Shown here: positions 35,720-45,624 of the stretch, piece by piece
Layout: every line of letters starts with the position of its first letter
How positions within the stretch are numbered: position 1 is the stretch's first letter
DNA from: an uncultured bacterium
GTDB taxonomy: Bacteria > Babelota > Babeliae > Babelales > Vermiphilaceae
Assembly (NCBI GenBank): GCA_963695335.1
Contig: OY968764.1
Coordinates: forward strand, 1,243,895-1,307,894
Length of the DNA stretch: 64,000 nt
Direction: 5' to 3'
Translations under genes and position numbers: made by a program
Notes under the pieces: generated by a model
Seen by the model: only the letters and a program-made list of their open reading frames with translations
Told to the model about the DNA's origin: nothing
The model's database searches: none

Positions 35720-36733
35720 ATGAAGCACATACAACTCTTTTCCTGTCTACTTTTTACTGCCATTGCAACCCATTGCATGGAAAACCAGCAAAACAATCAA
35801 CAAGCAGCACCAGAAAATCCATGGAAAGCTATTAATTGCCAAGCCATAGAAAAAAACCTTAATGATGACTATGATAGCTATCTTAAACAACGTTTAGAAG
35901 ACTATAAAACAAATGATTTCACACAACAAACAATGACCGACTTACAAACAATGGGTAATTTTATAACGGGAAAACAGAATATAGGTTTACCTTATAATCA
36001 TATTCGCGATAAGCAAGGCGATAGCTTTATCACCATCGCAGTTAAAAAACGAGACGTGCCAATTGTTAATTGGCACACAACAATCATCAGAAGAAATTAT
36101 ATTTCTCAAAAAGATTTTAACACATGCATTGCAACATGCATGCAATACCTCTCACCAAAAGAAACAGATAAAACCAAAAGAGATACTACATATACAATAC
36201 TTAAAAGGCTTACGCTAAAACACGGGCACTATACTATAGTACCTCTCTTACGTAATAAATCTGATAGAAAAAATCTTATCAAACAACTCATTACTCTACA
36301 AATTAAACATAAAAGACATAGCAGCAATTTTGTGATTGAAGATGAACTTATCACACAACATCTGACATCGGGAGAAAATGATCAATCACCTATTGCCATT
36401 GCCGATATATATCAAATGATTGCCAATAAAAAAGGAAATACATTATCGCATCTCGTTGTAACATCACAAGATCCAGATGAATTATGGAAGCTTATTACCA
36501 AAGAATATGTGTCTCCATTCCCAAATAAAGAGGAAAAAACCGTTCTCAATCTTGCACACGCATATTTCCAATCATTCAGCAAAGATGCAGCATCATTTGA
36601 TATATATCGAGAAGAATCTCAGCATGCTCGTTGCTGCTTATTCATGCTTCTCAATTATATCAAGTCAAAGCAAAACAATCAGGAACTTGCAACATTTACA
36701 CCATGCTGCGATAAACATACTGTAAAAAAATAA
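35720..36733 (+). CDS. member 2 of the tandem family
   Basis: Leader MKHIQLFSCLLFTAIATHCME. GNTLSHLVV..; C-terminus RCCLFMLLNYIKSKQ..PCCDKHTVKK. Confidence 0.7.
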   Translation: MKHIQLFSCLLFTAIATHCMENQQNNQQAAPENPWKAINCQAIEKNLNDDYDSYLKQRLEDYKTNDFTQQTMTDLQTMGNFITGKQNIGLPYNHIRDKQGDSFITIAVKKRDVPIVNWHTTIIRRNYISQKDFNTCIATCMQYLSPKETDKTKRDTTYTILKRLTLKHGHYTIVPLLRNKSDRKNLIKQLITLQIKHKRHSSNFVIEDELITQHLTSGENDQSPIAIADIYQMIANKKGNTLSHLVVTSQDPDELWKLITKEYVSPFPNKEEKTVLNLAHAYFQSFSKDAASFDIYREESQHARCCLFMLLNYIKSKQNNQELATFTPCCDKHTVKK

Positions 36734-36761
36734 TTTATATCTTCAACAAAAGGACATTCTC

Positions 36762-37766
36762 ATGAAGCGCACACAACTCTTTTCCTGTTTACTTTTCACC
36801 GCAATTACAACTCACTGCATGGAGGACAAGCCACAAAAACAAGAACTTGCAAATCCTTGGAAAGCAATTGATTGCCAAGTCATTGAAAAAAGCCTCACAG
36901 ACGACTATCATAACTATCTCAAAAACCGTTTGGAAGAATATAAAAAGGTTGATTTTACCCCTGAAAATATGATTCATCTGATATCTACAGGTATTTTTAT
37001 AACAGGAGATAAATACATAGGTCTTCCTTATAATGTTATCCGTGATGAAAACAATGATACTTTCCATAATATCGCAGTTAAACAACAAAATTTACCGGTC
37101 ATTAATTACTGTGTAAAAGGACATGGGTTTCATTGCATCACTCGTGATGACTTTGATCTATGTCTTGCAACATGCGTCAAACATCTTCACCCAGAGAAAA
37201 CTGATGCAACCGAAAAAACAACAGCCTATGAAATTATTAAAACACTCTGCACAAAACAAGGACCTAATGCGTCTATTTTTACTTTACGCGAAAAATCTTG
37301 CAGAGAAAATCTTATCAAGCAACTCATCTTGCTCCAAATCAAACATAAAAAATATAAGAGTGATTTTGTGATTGAAGATGAACTTATTGCGCAACACCTG
37401 ACATCAGGGGAAAATGATCAATCGCCTATTGTGCTAACAGATATGTATCAAACGGTTGCTAATAAAAAAGGAAATACATTATCTCATATAGTTGTAGAGT
37501 TACAAAACCCAGATGAGCTGCATCAACTTATTACCAAAAACTATATATCACCTGCTATAAATAAAACAAATGATACCGTACTCGATATTGCATTGTGGCA
37601 CTTCCAAGACTTTACTCATAACATATCTTCACTTGATGCGCATAAACCGCAAGCAGATCAATCACGATGCTGTTTATTTATGCTACTTAGCTATATTAAG
37701 TCAAAACAGAACGGCATATTAGACAAAAGTCAGCAATGTTGCGATAAACATCCTATAGCATTATAA
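36762..37766 (+). CDS. member 3 of the tandem family
   Basis: Leader MKRTQLFSCLLFTAITTHCME. Most similar to member 2. C-terminus RCCLFMLLSYIKSKQ..QCCDKHPIAL. Confidence 0.7.
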   Translation: MKRTQLFSCLLFTAITTHCMEDKPQKQELANPWKAIDCQVIEKSLTDDYHNYLKNRLEEYKKVDFTPENMIHLISTGIFITGDKYIGLPYNVIRDENNDTFHNIAVKQQNLPVINYCVKGHGFHCITRDDFDLCLATCVKHLHPEKTDATEKTTAYEIIKTLCTKQGPNASIFTLREKSCRENLIKQLILLQIKHKKYKSDFVIEDELIAQHLTSGENDQSPIVLTDMYQTVANKKGNTLSHIVVELQNPDELHQLITKNYISPAINKTNDTVLDIALWHFQDFTHNISSLDAHKPQADQSRCCLFMLLSYIKSKQNGILDKSQQCCDKHPIAL

Positions 37767-38410
37767 AACCAACAGCTTCCCATAAAAGAAACACAACAAA
37801 AAGGTACTTCTGATGAAAAATACACAACTCTTTTTCTATTTACTTTTCATAACAATCACAACTCATTGCATGGAACCCAATCCTTGGGCAGCCATTGATT
37901 GCCACAAAATCGAACAAACCTTATTTACTGATTACCGTAATTATTGCGCTGGACAACTTGAAGAATACAAGCAAACTACTTTTACGCCGCAACATATGAA
38001 ACATATAGAAGATATGGCAATCACGTATACGGGATACAATCATTATAAATCAACTCTCTATGATGTGCGTGATAAAGAAGATAATTGTTTTCCACATATT
38101 GCAATTCAAAAATTTGATTTACCAACACTTACATGGCTTGTAAGACAAAGAATATATTATCCAAAAAACAAACAGGGCAAAGGGTTTATCGAAGTATGCA
38201 TTGATCATTTATCCCCCCACAACAATATTGACGCTGAAAAGAAACAAATCGCATATGCTATGCTCAACACTATTATAACAAATTACGGCAAGAGGTTAGG
38301 CATTTCGCTCAGAAAACCAATTGTAGAAAATCTTATTGCGCTACAAATCGAACACAGAAAACAACACAACAACAATGTTTTAGCTGACATTGTATTGACA
38401 CCATTACTAG

Positions 38411-39258
38411 GTTCTGTTGAGTTTTTGAAAAGATAAGTTTTGAAGTATGATAACACCGAAAAAGCAAAAACCAAATCACTAAAACGGTGCTATCATGAAA
38501 AAAGAGTATATCAGCGAAATGGCCTGGAGCAAAATTTTTAATTTTTTAAAACAGCAAAAAAACATTTATATAAAAGAAGAAAAGGACTGTAAAAAGTTTA
38601 TAGAAGGGACATTTTGGATGGCAAGAACAGGAGCACAATGGAGAGAGTTGCCGGAAAAATATGGAAATTGGAATAGTGTGTTCAGCAGATTTAATGCTTG
38701 GTCAAAAAAACATATTTGGGAAAAATTACTCAGTTTTTGTGCAGAGGATCCCGATATGGAATATGTAATGATTGATGCCACGATAGTCCGCGCACATGCC
38801 TGTTCTGCTGGATATGATCAATTTAAAAATGAAGGACTGGGAAGAAGTAAAGGTGGTTTTACAAGTAAGATACATGCAACAGTAGATGCTTTAGGCAATC
38901 CTTTAAGATTTGTTATTACTCCTGGTCAGCGTAATGATATTACTCAGGCTGATATTTTATTAAAAGATATTTCTGAATCATATGTAATAGCGGATAAAGG
39001 ATATGATTCCACTGAATTACGTTCGAAATTAATAGAAAAAAATTGTGTTCCCGTTATTCCTCCAAGATCCAATCGTAAAGAACAATATCAATATGATGAA
39101 CATCTATATAAAGAGAGACATGCGATTGAATGCTTGTTTTCAAAGATAAAACACTTTAGAAGAGTGTTTGCTCGTTTTGATAAATCGGCACGAAATTTTT
39201 TATCTTTTCTTTCTTTTGTGGGAACTTGCATATGGTTACGATGAAAACTCAACAGAAC
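38411..39258 (+). mobile_element. IS5-family insertion sequence (848 bp)
   Basis: Inverted ends gttctgttgagtttt / aaaactcaacagaac with CTAG direct repeats at 38407-38410 and 39259-39262. Alternatively GG..CC ends with a TA duplication. Confidence 0.85.
38495..39244 (+). CDS. IS5-family DDE transposase
   Basis: WMARTGAQWRELPEKYGNWNSVFSRFNAWSK, IDATIVRAH, ADKGYDS and YKERHAIECLFSKIKHFRRVFARFDK are hallmarks of IS5/IS427-type transposases. Confidence 0.9.
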   Translation: MKKEYISEMAWSKIFNFLKQQKNIYIKEEKDCKKFIEGTFWMARTGAQWRELPEKYGNWNSVFSRFNAWSKKHIWEKLLSFCAEDPDMEYVMIDATIVRAHACSAGYDQFKNEGLGRSKGGFTSKIHATVDALGNPLRFVITPGQRNDITQADILLKDISESYVIADKGYDSTELRSKLIEKNCVPVIPPRSNRKEQYQYDEHLYKERHAIECLFSKIKHFRRVFARFDKSARNFLSFLSFVGTCIWLR

Positions 39259-39675
39259 CTAGCCGAAGGTCCAAACAATGGTCGTGCAACTATTGATTTA
39301 CCAACATTATACCGACAAGTAACTGATAGCAACGGAAACACGCTCTCTCATATCATTGCTGCCTACGCAAATGATGCAGATGAACTGTATCAACTCATAA
39401 AAAATAACTCTGTATCTCCTGCACCAAATACAGCTGGTAAAACTATTGTTGACCTTGCCTTGGCAAAGTTTCGATCATATACGAATGAGCCATTTGAATA
39501 CTTGGATCTGTTACCAATAGACAAACCATTTAACAGCAGTCGGTGCTGTTTATTTATGTTGCTCAAGTACATTAAATCACAACAAGATGGTAAGTTAACT
39601 GATAATTACACATGTTGTGATAAACATGTTATAACAATCTAACCGCAAAAACTGTTATGTAACATTATAAAAAAA

Positions 39676-39711
39676 GAAATTGTGAATAATATATTCGCAA
39701 TTTCTTTTTTT
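39676..39711 (+). terminator. rho-independent terminator after the tandem family
   Basis: Stem gaaattgtg/cgcaatttc, 11-nt loop, then ttttttt. Confidence 0.65.
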
Positions 39712-39769
39712 ACTTTTTTATCCTCTTTTTTAATAGATCTTCTCAAGTATCATTAAAAAGGGGGCGCCT

Positions 39770-40222
39770 ATGAAATATATCAGAGTATATACATCTTTCA
39801 TGCTATTTTTACTATCGTCATCTACAGGAATGCAAAATATACACTTTAAAGAGCAACTGAGTGAAATAGAAAAATTAATTGTCTTGCATAAAATGAAACA
39901 TGCTAGTCATAAAATAGATTTTAATGCTGCACACATCTTTGATGCACCAATAATAACAAAAATTGAAAAAGATCGAACTGATGATTTTGCTACTTTGATT
40001 ATGGAAACTATCAAAGAGCAAGAAAAAGAACTGGGGTACGTACCAGAACAAATATCTGAAAAAATAGATGGGGTATGGCACCTTACCATACCCACCAATT
40101 ATATCGGCAAGTACACACGTTATTATCATACAAAAGATTTTGCAGGGGAGTATATTGAACTGCATTCAACGTTTATCTATCAACCAGCCGTACTAGAAGT
40201 GCTTAACAATTATTCCTCATAA
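39770..40222 (+). CDS. leader-bearing protein of unknown function
   Basis: Leader FMLFLLSSSTGMQ. No recognised domain. Confidence 0.4.
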   Translation: MKYIRVYTSFMLFLLSSSTGMQNIHFKEQLSEIEKLIVLHKMKHASHKIDFNAAHIFDAPIITKIEKDRTDDFATLIMETIKEQEKELGYVPEQISEKIDGVWHLTIPTNYIGKYTRYYHTKDFAGEYIELHSTFIYQPAVLEVLNNYSS

Positions 40223-40296
40223 AAAACTCATGTTATCTTTTAAAAGACAATGAAGAATGCTATGATGTGCAGAAAAATTATAAAAAAAGGATCGGT

Positions 40297-40758
40297 ATGT
40301 GTAAAAAGATTATAAATTGGACTATGCACAATTCTCCTACATTGCAACACCTTGGCCTCACCATAATCCGCATCGGGTTTGGTATCACATTAACTATATT
40401 TGGTTACAACAAACTCTTTTCAGGCAGCGCTAACCTAACACAAATTGGTAGCGCAATGTCATTTTTTGGTATCACCCATGGATATGTAATCTGGGGATAT
40501 CTTGCAGCACTCACAGAACTGTGCGGTGGTTTTGCATATGCAATTGGCCTTTGGACACGCATTGCCTCTTTACCTCTTATCTGGCTTTTGATTGTCGCAA
40601 TCAGATTTCATCTGCAAAGAGGTGATGCATTTACTGTATGGGCGTTTCCAGTTACTTGTTTGTGCATTGTTATTGGATTTTTGATTGCAGGAAGTGGTGT
40701 TTACTCTGCTGATTATGTTCTTTACGCGCAAGCGCATAATAAGAATCACGATTTTTAA
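40297..40758 (+). CDS. DoxX-family membrane protein
   Basis: LGLTIIRIGFGITLTIFGYNKLF..LTELCGGFAYAIGLWTRIASLPL. ATG 40297 has AGGA upstream, whereas the ORF track starts at GTG 40267. Confidence 0.8.
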   Translation: MCKKIINWTMHNSPTLQHLGLTIIRIGFGITLTIFGYNKLFSGSANLTQIGSAMSFFGITHGYVIWGYLAALTELCGGFAYAIGLWTRIASLPLIWLLIVAIRFHLQRGDAFTVWAFPVTCLCIVIGFLIAGSGVYSADYVLYAQAHNKNHDF

Positions 40759-40842
40759 CTATCGTTTTTTTAATCCTCCAGCATGAACTGTTGAAAAATT
40801 AATCAAAAAAACAGCAAACACATGCAATCAAAAGGTTTATTC

Positions 40843-41796
40843 ATGCATAAATATAATCTTCTCATTACCCTCACATCCCTTGTTACCGCATCCATACTAG
40901 CAATGGAACAAGAACAAAAAAACATACAACTTCAAAAAACAGAAAAATCTCGTTGTAAAATTTCTGAACTTCTAGAAAATCCTCGTACCCCAAAACGCCT
41001 TATAATGGAAATTAACAATTTACTAGAGAACAAAAACTTTACTCTTGATGCTCATTCTGTTGATTCAAAAACGCATCCATTCGAGATAAAAGTTGCTTTT
41101 TATAATGATAACATGGAACATGCATTAACGTATAAAATGCCACATGATTATCCATTTTATGCTCCTATTCTTTCATCTCTTGAAACGAGCAATACCATGC
41201 TTACAACACAAGACTTGATCGCCATTAAAAAAAAATTTAATGATGATCTTAAACAAATCTGGAATCCCGCACGACGAATGACTGAAATAGTTGCGATGAC
41301 TCATAAACACATAAGTTCCTATGAAGATCAAAAAATAGCATCTCAACGAGTTGCTCAAGGTTATGAAAGAACGTTACCTCAGATAAAAGAAAAATATCAA
41401 ACGACCAATGTCTATGTAAATAGCCAATATCCAGAATTTCAAGAAAAATTACATGGGCTTTGGATTAAAGAAATGCCAAGCGGATATTTTGTATTTCATG
41501 TCGAATATAATTACATAAATATAGCTTTTGAACCTAAGTACATAGGTGCAGAACCTCTATCATACCATGGATACTGTGCTGTGGGGTATCACGAGACACA
41601 TAATAACCAATTTCATATACACATAAGTGATACCAATGATTCAGGAAAAATAAATGCCTTTAAAATCTTTGTATACTCTGATCATATTTCAATCATATTT
41701 AACTCTCTACAACACGATTCAATCTTAAACGCCATCATATCTCAACTCAAAATGGATGATGTTATTGGAGAACGCATGGATTTAATAAAAATATAA
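40843..41796 (+). CDS. leader + UBC-fold (E2/UEV-like) domain protein lacking the catalytic Cys
   Basis: KRLIMEINNLLEN.., PFEIKVAFYNDNMEHALTYKMPHDYPFYAPIL and KQIWNPARRMTEIV parallel E2 KRIQKEL.., F..L.I.FP.DYPF.PP and WSPALT. No HPN-Cys segment. Start at the second ATG, which is shared with the 41880 leader. Confidence 0.5.
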   Translation: MHKYNLLITLTSLVTASILAMEQEQKNIQLQKTEKSRCKISELLENPRTPKRLIMEINNLLENKNFTLDAHSVDSKTHPFEIKVAFYNDNMEHALTYKMPHDYPFYAPILSSLETSNTMLTTQDLIAIKKKFNDDLKQIWNPARRMTEIVAMTHKHISSYEDQKIASQRVAQGYERTLPQIKEKYQTTNVYVNSQYPEFQEKLHGLWIKEMPSGYFVFHVEYNYINIAFEPKYIGAEPLSYHGYCAVGYHETHNNQFHIHISDTNDSGKINAFKIFVYSDHISIIFNSLQHDSILNAIISQLKMDDVIGERMDLIKI

Positions 41797-41879
41797 TAGT
41801 TCATCTTTGTCTCATTGCCTTTTTAGATAAAAAATATAACCTTATACTTAAAAAAATAATCATAATAAAAGGTTTATTC

Positions 41880-43034
41880 ATGCATACATATCATCTTCTC
41901 ATTATCCTCACATCAGTTGTTACTACATCTACTATGACAATGGAAGACTACCAACTTGATTTAGCTCATATAAAAAGGCTACAACGCAAATATATTGGAA
42001 AACATGGTTGGACAGTAAAAACAGACAAGAACGGAAAATACTCTGTATGCATAGATTGTAGTGATGGTCAAGGTGAGTTCTATGCAAAAACACAAGTTAT
42101 TCGCGAATTCAAAGAATATCAAAACACTCAATTCTTACTACAATTAGATACTACAAACAAATCCATAATCAGCGATGATAATGATGTGCACATTATTGAC
42201 ATGCAAACTGGCGAGGCTCAAGAAACTCTATCTGGTCATACAGATCTTGTCCATTGTTGCGCACATACCGATTACCGCCACATACTCGTTACAGGCTCCA
42301 ATGATACAACAATTAAATTGTGGAATATAAAAAATAATCAATGCATGCGAACATTGCATAGCCATAAACACTATGTAACAAATGTTGCTTCAAAAGGAAA
42401 TACTATCACTTCAACAGACAGAGAGCCTTGCTTAAAATTATGGGATATGTCATCTGCCAAAACATTTCATACAAAACTCTTTATTGATAAAAGTAATGAG
42501 CATCATATGCCTACGAGCCTCATGATGCATAACAACCTTATATATGTAGGACTCACAAAGGGGATAATCACAATAATTGATCCACGATCAACAATATCAG
42601 TCTATGAAGGAACTACCCACGCAGGCCCTGTTGAATGCCTTACTCCATGCACAAATAATAATGATGTATTCTATTCTGGATCATCAGATCAAACGGTCAA
42701 ACAATGGGATCTTCGTCGTCCTAATGCTCCCACCAAAATATTACATAAAAAAAATAATCCTGATAACCAAAAATATAGTATTCAAAATGTCTATGAAGAT
42801 CATAATGGTAAAAAAATATTTTCATCGGACAAAAATAGAATCTATATATGGGATGTTTCCACAGAAGAACCAAAAATAGTAACCACAAAAAAATTTGATC
42901 ATGCTATTTACCCCAACTGCATGCGCATGAATAATGATGAAACTGAGCTGTATATTGGCACAAAAGAAGGTATAAAAACCCTCACTCCCGCACTCAGCTT
43001 TGAACAACTTGCTGCATTAGCGGAACAAAAATAA
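41880..43034 (+). CDS. leader + WD40-repeat protein
   Basis: GHTDLVHCCAH..LVTGSNDTTIKLWNI, HSHKHYVTNV, LKLWDM and YSGSSDQTVKQWDLR. Confidence 0.85.
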   Translation: MHTYHLLIILTSVVTTSTMTMEDYQLDLAHIKRLQRKYIGKHGWTVKTDKNGKYSVCIDCSDGQGEFYAKTQVIREFKEYQNTQFLLQLDTTNKSIISDDNDVHIIDMQTGEAQETLSGHTDLVHCCAHTDYRHILVTGSNDTTIKLWNIKNNQCMRTLHSHKHYVTNVASKGNTITSTDREPCLKLWDMSSAKTFHTKLFIDKSNEHHMPTSLMMHNNLIYVGLTKGIITIIDPRSTISVYEGTTHAGPVECLTPCTNNNDVFYSGSSDQTVKQWDLRRPNAPTKILHKKNNPDNQKYSIQNVYEDHNGKKIFSSDKNRIYIWDVSTEEPKIVTTKKFDHAIYPNCMRMNNDETELYIGTKEGIKTLTPALSFEQLAALAEQK

Positions 43035-43116
43035 ACAACCCAAATGATTGCTTTTTAGCGATCTCAACTGGCATACTCTAATTGAAATATAAAATAATCA
43101 ATAAAGGATAAATGCC

Positions 43117-43521
43117 ATGAAAAACCATTGTCTTATAATAGCAATCACTCTTTCCATGGGAATATTTTCACACAACTTCGGCTCAGAAACATCAAGCATA
43201 ACAGGTTCATCGCTTATCAGCTGGACCCAAACCGGCTTATATAACATCTACCAAGGAATGATCAGCTCTGTTACTGGATTAATCAACATACCATATTCAA
43301 TCATGAATACCGTTTCGGCATGGAGCGAGCAAAAACAAATATTTATTACAACCGCAGCAGTCGCAACACTCTTGGCTGTATACCAAAAAGAAGTTATTAA
43401 AAAATGGCTTAATGACATGGTAGAACGGCTTACTACCCCAAAAGAAACCCGACGACTATTACGAGACGTCAACGTTGAAGAAATTCCTTGGGATGAAAAT
43501 TACGAGAAAAGAGTTAAGTGA
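43117..43521 (+). CDS. small membrane/secreted protein, function unknown
   Basis: N-terminal hydrophobic segment and a second internal one. No recognised domain. Confidence 0.4.
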   Translation: MKNHCLIIAITLSMGIFSHNFGSETSSITGSSLISWTQTGLYNIYQGMISSVTGLINIPYSIMNTVSAWSEQKQIFITTAAVATLLAVYQKEVIKKWLNDMVERLTTPKETRRLLRDVNVEEIPWDENYEKRVK

Positions 43522-43636
43522 GCATTACAATAACCAGAAGCTAACTTGCTTTACCCTGCTATTTATATACACTAAAGTTATGCACAATAGGGAATATTAC
43601 TTCACACAGATATAACACAACAAAAGGACTTTTTTT

Positions 43637-44026
43637 ATGTTGAAAAAAATAGCATTAAGCATGTTAGTTACTGCATCTACAATAACAACTGCACAAATCA
43701 GCCTTGATCTTAATCTAACAATAAACAGTCAAGGCATGCAACACAACATACCAGGCTCTATCACTATTGATGAAGGAATGATTGTACCAGTTGAATTCAA
43801 TGGTGTTGATGGATTAATCGTTGGTTTACGTGCACAAAAAAATAATGATAATGTTATTATTGATGCACAATTTTTCCAAAAAGTAGAAAATGATGAACTT
43901 GCAGCGGTTAGTGACGTTTTCCATGTAGAAACAACGTTTAATGAAGCTGCTTCTATAACAGTGAGCAACCCTGAAGATGATAGCGCATCTCTTGTTCTTA
44001 CTATCACTCCTACACAATCAGAATAA
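43637..44026 (+). CDS. small secreted protein, function unknown
   Basis: Signal peptide ALSMLVTASTITTAQ. Confidence 0.45.
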   Translation: MLKKIALSMLVTASTITTAQISLDLNLTINSQGMQHNIPGSITIDEGMIVPVEFNGVDGLIVGLRAQKNNDNVIIDAQFFQKVENDELAAVSDVFHVETTFNEAASITVSNPEDDSASLVLTITPTQSE

Positions 44027-44096
44027 GATTATTTTCCCCTATTTTGCTTTTAAGAAAAAACATAGGTCCTGAGGAATAACTCCCGGACCTTGTTTT

Positions 44097-45551
44097 TTAC
44101 CAATTTCTTGGATCTACAATCTGTGTACAGGTAATGATATCATCAAAATATGCTCGCTTAATTAATGCATCGTCAGCGCCCTCATTACAAATAAGTACTT
44201 TATGAATTGTCTTATTTCCTTTATTAGGAAACAAAGACAATTTTTTTTCAAACTCTGCAATAACACTGGTCCCAACTTTACCCTGCAAATATTTGATCTC
44301 ACAAATGGTGTACACATTGTCAGCTCTATCAAAAATAAGATCAATCTGATATCCCGGATTTTCCTTATCAGTTGCGCGACTAAAAAAAACTCCTGAACGA
44401 TAATGCACACCCGAAAAATACAAAATCTTAGCAAGCACATAATGATATTTACGACAAAAACGCTCAAAAGCAAAACCTAGCCATTTGATATAACTATCCA
44501 CTTTAAGTGCTGCTTTTGGATTACGATTATACGCGCCACTCTCTATATTTTGTTGTAACGGCTTGATGAATTTACAATAAAAATGTAGGTAATTATCATC
44601 AATTGCATATCGGGTCAACAGCGTATTCTCTTCTAGATTAAACGGATAATAATGTGTAATAAAACCAGATTTTTCTAAATCTAATAACACATTAGTTAAA
44701 CTACCCCCAGAAGATACATCAAGTAAATCAACTAATTCAGCCCGTGTTGCAAATTTTTTATTACTCAAAATATCAATAATAGCGCGATAATGTTTATTGT
44801 TGGACATACTACTCGTGAAAATACGCTCATACTCACGCGCAAAAAAACTTCCTGACACAAAAGAATTGATACATAAACTGATAAATACTGATGATTCTTT
44901 ATTGATCCATTTTAGATATTCTGGAACGCCACCAATTGTTAAATACGCATCAAAAACTTCTCGATTACTTCGTTTTTTAAGAAATTCTTTTGCTTCATAC
45001 ACAGTAAATTCTTTAAGATGAAATTCATACTGCGAGCGATTATATAATGCCTTGGAATGAATTACATGATCGATCATAAATGATGGCGCTGAACCACACA
45101 AAATAATGATAAGTTTGGGATTATGGCGAAAAAAATTATCCCAGACATATTTAAGTTCAGCAATCAACGCATCATCATAATGCGCTAGCCACTGCAACTC
45201 TTCCAAATAAATGGTCCACGTGCCTTTACGTGTATATTCATACAAAATCTCAAAAAACTCACGCCAACTTTCTACCACCGTTTTAGCTAATAGTTTGCTC
45301 TCTGTATATGTGGCCAACTGATTCATCACATGAGCCAACTGTTCTTTCTGAGAGAACCCTTCTATCCCCTCAAATTTAAGTAATTTCCTATTTCTAAACG
45401 CCTGCTCACACAATTCTGTTTTTCCAATTCGCCTGCGGCCATACATAATAATAATTGATGCCTCTCCTGATGCACCAATCTTATGCAAACGCTCCAACTC
45501 ATCGACTCTTCCAACGAAATTTTTTTTTGTTTTTATGCGCAATGGTTTCAT
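44097..45551 (-). CDS. ATPase (archaeal-type AAA, DUF234-containing family)
   Basis: FVGRVDELERL..IIIMYGRRRIGKTEL (Walker A), YLEELQW (Walker B-like) and a C-terminal DUF234-like region (WLGFAFERFCR). Confidence 0.75.
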   Translation of the reverse strand: MKPLRIKTKKNFVGRVDELERLHKIGASGEASIIIMYGRRRIGKTELCEQAFRNRKLLKFEGIEGFSQKEQLAHVMNQLATYTESKLLAKTVVESWREFFEILYEYTRKGTWTIYLEELQWLAHYDDALIAELKYVWDNFFRHNPKLIIILCGSAPSFMIDHVIHSKALYNRSQYEFHLKEFTVYEAKEFLKKRSNREVFDAYLTIGGVPEYLKWINKESSVFISLCINSFVSGSFFAREYERIFTSSMSNNKHYRAIIDILSNKKFATRAELVDLLDVSSGGSLTNVLLDLEKSGFITHYYPFNLEENTLLTRYAIDDNYLHFYCKFIKPLQQNIESGAYNRNPKAALKVDSYIKWLGFAFERFCRKYHYVLAKILYFSGVHYRSGVFFSRATDKENPGYQIDLIFDRADNVYTICEIKYLQGKVGTSVIAEFEKKLSLFPNKGNKTIHKVLICNEGADDALIKRAYFDDIITCTQIVDPRNW

Positions 45552-45624
45552 AAAAAATACTCCTTATTTTTCCAACTAACTATATTTTATCATCTATTTG
45601 GCTAAAATTACAATAAAAAATTGA

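Larger units (their letters stand above)
37813..39642 (+). pseudogene. member 4 of the tandem family, interrupted by an IS5-family element
   Basis: The 5' part 37813-38410 and the 3' part 39263-39642 join in frame (..IVLTPLL-AEGPNNGRATIDLPTLY..), matching member 1 (..IVFTPLLAQDENNNVAIIDLPTLY..). Confidence 0.8.

Noticed and set aside
36700-36733. The C-terminal CCDKH.. of the four-gene family, and ..HGCQL of 52333..53514, as CaaX prenylation boxes.
   Set aside because: The cysteines are not at position -4 from the stop (CCDKHTVKK, CCDKHPIAL, GCQL), so they do not satisfy the CaaX geometry. Only 24242..25225 does.
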